A stretch of DNA of 64,000 bases from positions 13,773,980-13,837,979 of the forward strand of contig MU059330.1 of NCBI GenBank assembly GCA_013265495.1, in the 5' to 3' direction. This document shows positions 48,873 through 59,400 of the stretch, in pieces. The stretch is from Vicugna vicugna (taxonomy: Eukaryota). The notes under the pieces are model-generated. The model saw only the letters and a program-made list of their open reading frames with translations. It did no database searches and was not told where the DNA came from. The translations under genes and the position numbers were made by a program. The first letter of the stretch is position 1. Each line of letters starts with the position of its first letter.

Positions 48873-51800
48873 TTTCTGTGTGGGGAGGTCCCTCGAGTGA
48901 GCACCAGCTACGCACTAAGGATAAATGTTTATGTTTTTCTTCTCCCTGCTAAAGACTCTGAATACTCTGTCAAGGAATTCAAAGTGATATTCAAATTCCA
49001 GGCAGTGACATGAGCTGTTACCTTTCTCTATGGTTTAAAAATCACTTCATTTCCCGTGGGTGTCTTTCTGGGCTGGGATGTTGGTGATTCCAGGGTGTGC
49101 ATGGTAAACGTTTCAAGTTTAAACATACAAGCTACAGATACAGTTTGGATTAAAGTTTGGATTAATAGCCTTTCACTTTTAATAACAGAAATCTTCCTAA
49201 AGTCTGCTGGTGCGTTTCAACATTACAGACACACATCATATTCCTGAAGTGAGGGGGAAATTAAAAAACCTCCAATCTTTGCTGCCTCAGCGTCCTTCCA
49301 ACCCTATGAGGGAAGGGGCCAGACAGGGGAGGCACGAGATCCACTGGCACCAGTCCACTCGCGGTCACTCTGTAGGGACCGTGAGCGCCTCTGACCTGCG
49401 TCCAGACCACACATCACCATCTCTAACTGGACTGCTTTAAGAAAGAACCACTCCGACATTCTGCTGTAAGTAATTCTGAGTTTGGCATTGCCTCATAGTG
49501 GGTAAAGAAAGGGAGAGACTTCTCCTGGAGCCCAGGGCCAGTGCAGAACAGGCTCCCAGCTCCACCGCTGGCTTTGCAAAGATGAAAGATTTTGCACTGC
49601 AACTTGGGGACCTGGCCCCAAAGCACAGCTCCACTGCTGGGTCAGGCCAGGAGCATCACTGAGGACAGGATCCCTCCAAGGACAGCAGCATCTCTGGGAC
49701 ACCAGGGCCCAGTGACCTCCCTGAGGCTGGCCCAGGCAAGAGTCCCTCAGCTTTCCTGGGCCCCGGGGCGCAGGGGAGGGGCCACAGACCCTGGGCCCCG
49801 GGCAACGGCAGGCACCACGGGCAGCACCAGAGCCGCCCCGTCAGCTGCCGCGTAGCCTTCTCTTCTCTTCTCAGCCCCCAGATGCCTCTGCAAGTTGCAG
49901 CAATGTTCAGGCGAGGGGGAGGACGCAGGCCCAGCCAAGCCCTGGGGGCTCAGAGACTGTTTCAGATCGCACTCCTGGCTCTGCCAACAGGAAAGACAAA
50001 GAGGGATTGAGAGCTGCTCCTCGGGGAGCCAGGACTGACCAGAGTGGGCCGCATGGCACACTGGGGCAGCCCGTGCCAGCCCGGGAGGACCGCTGCCCTT
50101 CGAGGGGCTGAGGCTGCAGACCTGCTTTCTGGATTAACTGCTCACTCTGAGGCCCCATGGCCAGACCTAGGATATTCCATCATTTCCTCAGAGCCCCAGC
50201 GCAGGGCGCGAGGGCTGGGGCGGCTCCCTGCCCGAGAGGTCGAAGCATGAGAGGCAGGGCATGGCTGCTGATGCCGCCAGTCACTTGGTCAGGGGCCCAG
50301 GGCAAGGTCCAGCCTGATAGCACCCAAATCGTCAGGTGCTGAAGATGGGCCTTGGGGGACTCAAGTGAAGGGAGTCCCCCCCAGGGAAGGGCACACTCCT
50401 GGGGGTGGTGTTCCTCCAGGTGTCTGGTGTTTGGGGCTATGGAAATCCACAGCGCAGGGTCCTCTCGGGCAGCCAGCCGCCTGCGCCCCCTTGGGCAGCA
50501 GGTTGCTGTTGTTAAGGAGGCCTCAGTGAATGTGAGATGAGTTTATCACCCAGTTGAGGCTGTAAACACAAACCTGCCTTGCACCTCCTCAGTTATGAAA
50601 AGAATCCTAGTCCAGGGACGCTCTGCAGGGAGGGGTGGCTGCCTGTCCCTGTTGGGCCCAGGGCACTGCCCAGAGCATCCAGCACAGCATGGAGGAGGAG
50701 ATGGACAGGAGATGAGACAGAAGCCAGCTGCTGGCCTCTCCTCCCCAGGGTGCAGGGAGCCTTCCCTCCACTTCCTTCTGGCTGGAACCAAATGAATCCT
50801 CCACCCCATGCTCCTCCCAGAACACCCTTCCAACAGCCCAGGGAGTGGGCCACAGTGATGTACCGTCTAGCTGGATGCCGACGGGTCTGCGGTCCACATG
50901 AGGCCCCCCCTTCATGTTACCGAGAGGGCCCAGAGGCCAAATCTGGGTCCTTCCCCTAGAAGACCCTGGAAGCTCTGGCCCAGCAGCAGGACCAGGAAGG
51001 GGGGTTCCGGCTCTTTTCTCTCCCAGGAAGCCCTGCTCCAGGGGAAGTGAGAAGATGGGCCAGGCCTGGAGACAAAGGCCCTGCCAGCCTGGCAGCGCCA
51101 CCGGTGACGCAAGCGGATGTGCACTGCCTGCCCAGCTGCAGCAGAGTGCTTGGAAGGAAAAAAGTGGGGAAACAGCAGATAACTTTTTCAGACATTATCC
51201 AAGTCAACAAACCTCAAGTGTCACTGCCACAAACCACAGGAGAAACCAGTTTTTGGTTCTCTGAAGTGAAAATGATGGGGCTGGGGGAGGACCCCAGGGC
51301 ACAGGGTTCCAGGCTGACGGACTGAGGGTCAGGGGTCAGGGAGGCCGGGACCTAGGCCCGCGCACTGCCTCCCGCCCAGCCTCAGGCTGCAGAAGCCACA
51401 GTGCGTTCCCCATGGAAGTGTGTTCCCAGGCCAGAGGCCCAGCCGAGAAGGGCCCTGGAAAGGACTGAAAAAGTTCCCCTGTCAGGGCCCAGTCCTGGGC
51501 AGGTCACAGGCTTGCTGGCCCCCAGGCAGTTTCTGTCACCTTGATACACCCACTTCCACCTGCCCAAGCCCCTGTGCCCACACAGTGTGGGAGCCTTCCC
51601 ACACTGCCCAGCGCCCACTGCCCTGAGAGCCAGCCAGGTGGGAACCAGTGTGGACCCAGCGGGAAAAGTGTTCTCCCTTGGGGTGAAGGGACAGCATCAG
51701 GGGAGGGGCAAGGAAGAAAGGGGAGCCTGGGAGCAGGACCCCAGCCTATTCCGAGGAGAACCGCCCAAGCGGGGACGTGGGGCTTTGTGGGGGGAGGGAG

Positions 51801-51959
51801 GGACTCGGGGAACTGTCTCCCGGCTCCTCTTCTTAGGCTCAGGAGGCCCCCAGGCGCAACGGCCTGGGCGAAGGAGGGCCCTGAGGGCCCATGAGGAGCC
51901 AAATCAGGCTCTCCTGTTCTGGCTTGAGTGTCCTCTCAAACCAGAGCGTCCCCGCCCGA

Positions 51960-53000
51960 CCAGCCCTCGGTGTCCCTGCCCCCACCCCTCACCCCCCACC
52001 CCGGCCGCCACCTCCCCTGCACCCCGCGCGGGCCGGGCGGAGGGGAAAGTTGGCGAGTGCGCGGCGCCNNNNNNNNNNNNNNNNNNNNNNNNNNNNNNNN
52101 NNNNNNNNNNNNNNNNNNNNNNNNNNNNNNNNNNNNNNNNNNNNNNNNNNNNNNNNNNNNNNNNNNNNNNNNNNNNNNNNNNNNNNNNNNNNNNNNNNNN
52201 NNNNNNNNNNNNNNNNNNNNNNNNNNNNNNNNNNNNNNNNAGCGCGCGCGCCGAGTGGCCGCGCAGAGCCCTCGCGGGCGGCCGGTAGCGGCCCGGCGCC
52301 ACCGCAGGTAGGCGAGGTCCCCGCGCCCGCCCCCGCCCCGGGGTGCCGAGACCCCTCCCCCCGCCGGGGAGGCGGAGGCTCCGCGCGGCCGCCGAGGGGA
52401 CTGCTCCCCGCGGCCCCGGCGCCCGAGCGGCGCGGCGGGCGCGTCCCCGGCGCAGGAGGGGAGTGGGCTCGGCCGCGCAAACTTTGCGAGGATGGCTCCT
52501 GCGCTGCAGGGCACAAAGTTTGCTGCCCGCCGGTGGGGTCTCTGGAGGCCGCCGCGTTCGCGGCAAGTTTCGGGAATGGGGGTCGCAGGCGGGCGCGGGG
52601 CGCGGGGGGCGACGCGGGGCTGGGACCTGCATTCTGCCGCCCCGGCTCGGGCGGCGCCCTGCGAGCGAGCGGGCGAGCGGCGGGGCCGAGGCGCCGAGAG
52701 CCGGAGGGAGCCGGCCGGAATGCAGGGCCTTACGGGAGGATTCAACCCGTGCGCCTGCAGCTCGCCCACTGGATTCGCGGGAGACCCCAGAGAAGCGGCT
52801 GCGAAGGCGCGACCTGCCAGCCTCGGGGTTGGCGAGTGTGGCGCCCGGACATCTAGAACGCCTCTGAGCCCCGCACCCCGCCCGCCCGGGCGTCCGCGAG
52901 CAGCGGGCAGCAGGGGCTCCCCAGGGGCTCGGCCCTATGCCTCAGAAAAGAAGGCCCCAGTCTGGTGCTGCGCGCTCCCGCCCCCGCCCTCTGGCTGGGG
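51960..53000 (+). promoter_or_regulatory. IRX4: CpG island; probable distal IRX4 promoter with a non-coding first exon ending at 52307 (donor CAG|GTAGGC)
   Basis: Very dense CpG; a good donor at 52307/52308 that would pair with the acceptor at 56350/56351. The likely TSS is hidden in N run 52069-52240. Human IRX4 is recalled to have an upstream non-coding exon about 4 kb upstream. Confidence 0.6.
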
Positions 53001-53771
53001 TCAACTTCGCCGGGCTGGAGAGAGGCCCCCGCCCCCGTGGTGGCTCTGGGTGCGGGATTGAGGGGAAGTGGGGTGGCCTGTGGACTCTGGGGGCTCGGCT
53101 AGTCTGAGGTGTGAAACCCCACCGGGAGCAGAGGAAGGTCAGGACATGGCCTCTCTCTAGAGGCCCTACGTGGTTTCGATGGCCGACATCACCCCACAGC
53201 CAAGAGAGGGACCCACAGGCCTCTACCCTTTGGGGCCAACCATCCTCAGGCCCCCTCGCCCTAGGTGCCTCTCGAACTCAGCAGACCAGTGGGGGCACCT
53301 CACGGAAGCCCAGCTGCTGCCCTGCCTATGGGGAACTACGTGGTTCCTGGTGGGTCCTGTCGGCGGGTGTTTTTAGAACCAGGGTTCCCTCGAGAGTCGT
53401 AGGCTCAGTAAGCCGAGTCTACACAAGTGCATTTAGCTGATGATGCCTGAGATTCTGACACTCTGTCTCCTTTTGGAGGGAAACCAGGGTGCCTCAGCTT
53501 GAGGCTGGGCCTTTCAGGACAAAGATGACCCACTAAGTACCCAGGCTCTGGCAGACCTGTCTCAGCCAAGGCACAAGTTGTCAGTGGGATGTGGGGATGT
53601 GCACCCGGCTGGAGACAGATGGGGCTAACCCTGCCTCCGGGATTGGATAGTGGGGGCTGGGTGAGCAGCCCTTAATGTAGCCAGCTTCCCCAAACAGGGT
53701 GGCTAGATCGCTGTGCAGCAGTCTGGCAAAGTGCAGCGGGTGTGGGATTTCAGGATCAGGGAAAGAGGCTG

Positions 53772-53861
53772 GCCTGAGAGAACCTGGCGGGCGGGTGGNN
53801 NNNNNNNNNNNNNNNNNNNNNNNNNNNNNNNGCCTGCGAGAACCTGGCGGGCGGGTGGGTG
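53772..53861. repeat. 30-bp tandem repeat; the middle copy is inferred to lie in N run 53799-53831
   Basis: gcctgagagaacctggcgggcgggtgg at 53772 and gcctgcgagaacctggcgggcgggtgg at 53832, offset exactly 60. Confidence 0.75.
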
Positions 53862-55959
53862 GGGACCAGAGCATATATTCACGCACTCAGGCTGGAAAGG
53901 AAAACAGAACATCGCAGTGATGGTCAAAGGAAGCTTCGGAAACCCCTCCCCCAGAAGCCCCCAGGGACCAGCTGTGCCTACCACCCTCCAAGGGTGAACA
54001 GTTCTGCTCAGAAAATGAATGGTCGCATGTTCTGGTCCCCAGAGGTATGGTCAGGGTCTCTGGGGACCGAAACGCAGGTCTGGGCTTAGCCCCGGAGCCC
54101 CTGAGGCACTGGCTGCTGGGACCTGGGTGGTAGCTTCCTCTCCGCCAGCTGAGCGCTCAATCTCTGGGGCCGGGACCATGGCCAGGGGAAGGGGGTGAGG
54201 AAAGGATGCTCAGTGCCACCCTCCCGTAGAGACCGCTGCTCCCAGAGTCCCCGGCCACCCTGGGCTTGTGCACCTCCCTCCACCAGCACCCCCGCCCTCA
54301 TTACCAGGAGAGAGTGAGTTGTTTGTAAACAATAAATAATGGAAAGTAGCAGGATGTTCGGCAAAAGCCTCAGCAGAAGCCAGAAAACTGGAAGAAGGGA
54401 GGAGGGGGAGGGGGAGGGGAGGAGGAGGCGGGCGAGAGACTGAGAGATTCATTTCTGCCCAGAAGCCCCAGTGGCTAGTTTCTTATTATTTACAGGAAGG
54501 TGATATTAGCAATTCAGGTGAGAAAGAAAGAAACACGGCCGCCACGAAATCAATACAGAATTCAAAAACAATTATTAATGTCATTTGACTCGTGTTCTTT
54601 ATATATCTCTCCCGGCTACAGACGCTAAACTGTCTGAATAATTTGCATGGAGCGGCTATTCATTACTTCCGATGATTCTCCGTTGCAAGCAGCTCGGACN
54701 NNNNNNNNNNNNNNNNNNNNNNNNNNNNNNNNNNNNNNNNNNNNNNNNNNNNNNNNNNNNNNNNNNNNNNNNNNNNNNNNNNNNNNNNNNNNNNNNNNNN
54801 NNNNNNNNNNNNNNNNNNNNNNNNNNNNNNNNNNNNNNNNNNNNNNNNNNNNNNNNNNNNNNNNNNNNNNNNNNNNGAGAGGGCGAGGACGCCACCATTA
54901 ATTAGAGGGTGACCCTGGGGCGATTCACAGGTCTGAACCCAGGAATCTTTCCTAGCAAGTCTGCGCAGCGCGCCGTGCGCGGCTCCCTCCCGGCGACCGC
55001 GGGAGGCCAGGCTGGGCGAGAGCGGATGGGACGAGCCCGGACCCCCGGAAGGCGGCGGCGCGAGGCGGGAGCGGGCTCGGAGGGGCCCGGGAGTCCCCTT
55101 ACCGCCAGCGCGCTGGCCTCCGCGTAGGACTCGGGCAAGGTCCCAGGGCCGGCCCGGCTGGTGAAACGCTGGGGTGGGCACTCGACTGGCCCCGGACCGC
55201 TGCCTGCGCCCTAGGCAGGGAAGGGCGTCTCGGCCCGGCGCCCAGCGTCCCTTCCCCCGGAACGAGCCCTGAAGGTCGCCGGGAGGCGCGAGCGCAGCGG
55301 GAGGGGCCCCGGAGCCGAGTCGGGAAACCGGCTCGTCCTAGCGCGCAGGGCTGTCTGGCAGTCCCGGGTTTAGCCGCGAGGGGCAGGGGTAGGCGGCTGG
55401 GGGAGGGCGGCCCGGGGCAGGGGTGGGGTGAGCAGGAACTTACTGGGCGGGGGAGTGGCTCCCCGGGGGCAAGGGGATGAGAGTGGCAAAGCCTCTTGCC
55501 CACCGAGCCCCGGGGCGCGGGCTCTGGGGAAGCCCGACCCACACACGGAGGGTATTCCGACCTCCAGATGCCGCCGCGCTGGGTCTGGAACTCATTTCCG
55601 TGCAGGGTTCGAACAGGCGGGAGGCTCTGCTGAGCCCCGGTTAAACAATGGTCGGCCCGCGCCGCCCGCCGCAGCCGCGCCGGCCCGCGGAGCCGCCTGC
55701 CTTCCACCTGGAGGGGCGCGCGGAGAGCCGAGGCCGGCCGGCCGCCTGCGCCAGCGCCGGGCTAATTTTAACTGTTGATTACATCTTCGGTGAAGACTCA
55801 CTCGTCTGTCCCTCATATGTCTCATTTGTAATTGAGACTAATGATTACAGTGGGGTGGGAAGGAGCAGCTGCTCATTAATTAATTTCTAATTAAAAGTGC
55901 CTTCCGTCCTCGGTGACTAAGGAGAAACACCGCTCGTCGGGGCGATATTGACTCCTCGA

Positions 55960-56180
55960 GTGAAATTCATTTGTTCCAGCCGTGCGCCCTCCGCCCGGCG
56001 GCGCGGCCCGCCCGTCCCGTCCCCGCCCCGCCCGGCCCGGCCGCGGCCGAGTGACCCACGCGTCTGCGGCCAGACCTGGCTGCGCGGCGTGGGGCTGACG
56101 TCAGAGCCTCCGCCGCTTAAAGCCGCGCACCGCTGACTTGACGGATTCGAACGACTCATTTTTTTTCTTTCTGCAAAATA
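55960..56180 (+). promoter_or_regulatory. IRX4: IRX4 proximal promoter: GC boxes, full CRE TGACGTCA (56096-56103), TATA-like CTTAAAG (56116-56122), Inr-like TCATTTT (56156-56162)
   Basis: Motifs read directly from the sequence, inside a CpG island about 300 nt upstream of the ATG. Confidence 0.65.
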
Positions 56181-56320
56181 TGTATTTGTGTCGCCGCTGC
56201 GAGGCCGTTCGGTCCCAGAGTCCCCTCGAGGCTCCGGATTGTGGCGCTAAAAGGATCGCCGCGGCCGCCGAGACGCACTTTCCTACCCAGTTAGAAAAGT
56301 TTGCGGAGCGTGTGGCTGAA

Positions 56321-56350
56321 TTAACCCGCTCTTCTGCTTCGTCCTCCCAG
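56321..56350 (+). promoter_or_regulatory. IRX4: 3' splice site in the IRX4 5' UTR (branch point TTAAC 56321-56325, pyrimidine tract, CAG|56351)
   Basis: ttaacccgctcttctgcttcgtcctcccag; the branch A is about 26 nt upstream of the AG. Confidence 0.75.
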
Positions 56351-56450
56351 CGCCTAGAAGCCGGCAGCCCCGGAGCAGTGGCCGCGGCACGCCGGCCCCC
56401 GCGCGTAGGACCCCGCCGGCCGGGCCAGCCGGCCCCGGGCCGCGCCCGCC

Positions 56451-56495
56451 ATGTCCTACCCGCAGTTTGGGTACCCCTACTCCTCGGCACCCCAG
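56451..56495 (+). CDS. IRX4: IRX4 coding exon 1 (MSYPQFGYPYSSAPQ)
   Basis: ATG in Kozak context gcccgccATGt; donor CAG|GTAAGG at 56495/56496, phase 0. Confidence 0.97.
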
Positions 56496-59400
56496 GTAAG
56501 GGGGCCCCGCGAGGCCGCTGGAAGGCGGGCTATCCAGCGACCCGCTCTCGTTCTCCATCAAACAGGGCCTGTGCCACGCGCCCCTCGTGTCATGTCCCGG
56601 GGAGAGCTGAGGCGCTGAGAAACTGCGACGGGCAGGACCCTCATTTCCCGCTTTGTTTGTCGTCCACCCCGAGCAGGGCCCTGAGCCTACGCCCTGGGGG
56701 GCGGGGGGCCTGGGGACCCGGGAGAGACGTGGCACACCAGGCCACGTGCCCTGCGGCTTTGGAAACCCCAGGAGCAGGGTATGAACATCACTAGCCAGGG
56801 CAGGCCGGGCCCCACGTAGCTGGAAGAGGCCAGGTGCACAGTGTCGCTGCCAGAAGAAGGAACGCGCAGCCCGGTGTGGACATGGGGCGCGCACTTCTGG
56901 GCGACGCGTGGGGCGGGCGGAGGAGGTGCAGGCCCCCGGGCTGGCGCCTGCGCCCGGGGGCCTCGGCCTTCCTCGCGGCTCATCTTCCCCTCAGTTCCTG
57001 ATGCCCACCAACTCCCTGAGCACGTGCTGCGAATCGGGCGGCCGCACGCTGGCAGACTCCCGGCCAGCCGCCTCGGCCCAGGCGCCAGTCTACTGCCCGG
57101 TCTACGAGAGCCGGCTGCTGGCCACCGCGCGCCACGAGCTCAACTCGGCCGCGGCGCTGGGCGTCTACGGGGGCCCCTACGGGGGCGCGCAGGGCTACGG
57201 CAACTACGTGACCTACGGCTCCGAGGCATCGGCCTTCTACTCGCTGGTAAATGGGGGGCGTGTCTCAAACCTTCTCTCCGCCTCACCACGCCCCCACCCC
57301 TCGATTTGCCAAGTCACTTTCCATGTTCTCTGGAGGCAAGGGCTGAGGAACCTGGACCCCGGACTTTTCGGGGTGGGAGAAGCACACCTTGGCTTCTTTC
57401 AACTTGCGCCACCTGGCCTGGTCCTTCAGAGCACCACCAACCCCGGGGTTGGGGTGTCCTGGCAGGTGGGCTGTTGTAGTTACTGTTTTCGGCTCACTGT
57501 TAAGTTCTGGTTAGAAGTCTGGTTCCATGGGAGCTCACCCTGGCCTGCTTCCCACTAGCTGCCCTGCCCCGTCACTCCTCCCAGTTGCCCCCGCCTCCCT
57601 GCCCCAGCTCAGCTCCTCCCCACTTCTCGCCTCCCTTCTCCTCTCCAGTCCCTCTCCCCTCCCTCCACCCTCCTCCAGTCCCTAGTTGCTCACCCTTTTC
57701 TCTCCCTCCTCCCTCCCTCCATTCTCTTTCTCCTGTCTCCTGTTCCCCACACCTCCCAACTCTGCTCTCCTCCCTCCACGTCTCGGGGCTCCTTGGCTGC
57801 CAGGACCCCAGGCAGAGCCTGGGAAAGGGGGCGCAGGTGGGGGTGAGGTGGGAGCTGCCCCTGGGTCTGTGGGAAGCAGGCAAGAGCCAGGAGGCCTAGG
57901 GGAGGGGCTGGAGCTGGGTAGACTCCCACAAGCTGCGACCCTAGGCTCATGGGCTCCTACAGAACAGCTTCGACTCCAAGGACACTCCGGGCTCTGCTCA
58001 CGCGGGCCTCGCTCCTGCTGCCGCCGCCGCCTACTACCCCTACGAGCCGGCGCTGGGCCAGTACCCGTATGACAGGTGAGGAATCCGGCCCTCTTCCCTG
58101 CTCCCCACGGGCCGCCGTTCCCACGGCCCCTCTGAAAGGTCGGGCGGCAGGAGGAAGCCCACTCCTGGGGTGGGAGTCCGGCTGCCCTTGGGTTAGGCCC
58201 AGACCCACCCCCTTGCCAGCCTTGCTGCAGGGCCCAATGCAGTAAGTGCCCCTTCCCCGCCCCCACGCCGTCTGTCCCGACTCCCGGAGACTTTGCTGCA
58301 GATTGCCTTCCGAGGAGGCTTGTCCTGCTGCCCAGGCTTCCTCGGATGCTTCCCTGCACCCTGGGGAGGGCAGTCCCTGCGATGTGTCTGGGCCTGGCTC
58401 ACTGCCCCGTGTGGGGCCAGAGAGGGGAGTCCTTGCCCACCAGCAGATAACATGCCTCATCAGAAAAATGTAACGCGGGAAGTCCATGCAGGCCCTCCGG
58501 GCACTTTCTCCCCATGGGCGTTAGTGACCACTCCTCCCCATGGGCGTTTGTGACCACTCCTCCCCACAGGCGTTGATGGTTGGGTTCACCTCTCTGTGAA
58601 GTGCTGTCTGAGTTTCAGGATCAAAAGGGTAGGAGAAAGGCAGGGTGAGGGAACTCAAAGAAGCATATGTCTAGGTGGAGTCACAGAGACCTGGCTGGGC
58701 CTTGTGCCATGCTCAGCTCCACCCAGGGCCTCTCCGCTGGAGAAGGAGCCCAGGCGCCATATGCGTTCAATCAAACATAAACATTATCTTTGCCCTGGGG
58801 CCACAGAAGGCGGTGCCTGCCTGCGTAAGACCCAAGTCTTTCCACCATAGACACACCCCCACTGAGGGCCCGCGTGGGCCTGGCCCTGGCCGCCCGCGGT
58901 GCAGGGCCCGCTGCCGGCGCCCCATTGCCCAGCTGTCTCCAGGTACGGGACCATGGACAGCGNNNNNNNNNNNNNNNNNNNNNNNNNNNNNNNNNNNNNN
59001 NNNNNNNNNNNNNNNNNNNNNNNNNNNNNNNNNNNNNNNNNNNNNNNNNNNNNNNNNNNNNNNNNNNNNNNNNNNNNNNNNNNNNNNNNNNNNNNNNNNN
59101 NNNNNNNNNNNNNNNNNNNNNNNNNNNNNNNNNNNNNNNNNNNNNNNNNNNNNNNNNNNNNNNNNNNNNNNNNNTGCTCGGACGAGAAGCGGCCCTACGC
59201 AGAGGGCGAGGAGGAAGAGGGGGGCGAGGAGGAAGCTCAGGAGCAGCCAGTCAAGAGCACCAAGAGTGAAGGTGTGTGGGAGGCTGGCAACTTTGGGTTG
59301 GGGCCCCGCGGCGCCTCCCCGTGCCTACTTGCAGTTCTAGGACCTCTGAAGGCGTGGAGCCAGGGCAAACCCTCGGGGCCTAGGCTGCAAAGGAATGAAC

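Larger units (their letters stand above)
54900..57250. promoter_or_regulatory. CpG island covering the IRX4 proximal promoter and coding exons 1-2
   Basis: Dense CG dinucleotides and very high GC by inspection. Confidence 0.85.

Noticed and set aside
52-52000. Many long ORFs in the ORF track (e.g. 8293-9180, 10080-10799, 15520-16485, 34194-35172, 41083-41805, 42153-42995)
   Set aside because: They are Pro/Gly/Arg/Ala-rich, overlap in several frames, and show no recognisable domain or consistent exon structure. This is expected from stop-codon scarcity in GC-rich DNA.
12319-58575. Short tandem repeats as possible CRISPR-like arrays
   Set aside because: The units are contiguous with no unique spacers, there are only 2-3 copies, and the context is mammalian; they are ordinary minisatellites
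58944-58962. Partial REST/RE1-like motif ACCATGGACAGCG in exon 4
   Set aside because: The left half (TTCAGC) matches poorly, the right end is in the gap, and the bases are explained by the codons for T-M-D-S
58963-59174. Possible IRX4 pseudogenisation (no visible homeodomain)
   Set aside because: The homeodomain is hidden by Ns of a frame-preserving, expected length; all visible exons, splice sites and the IRO box are intact
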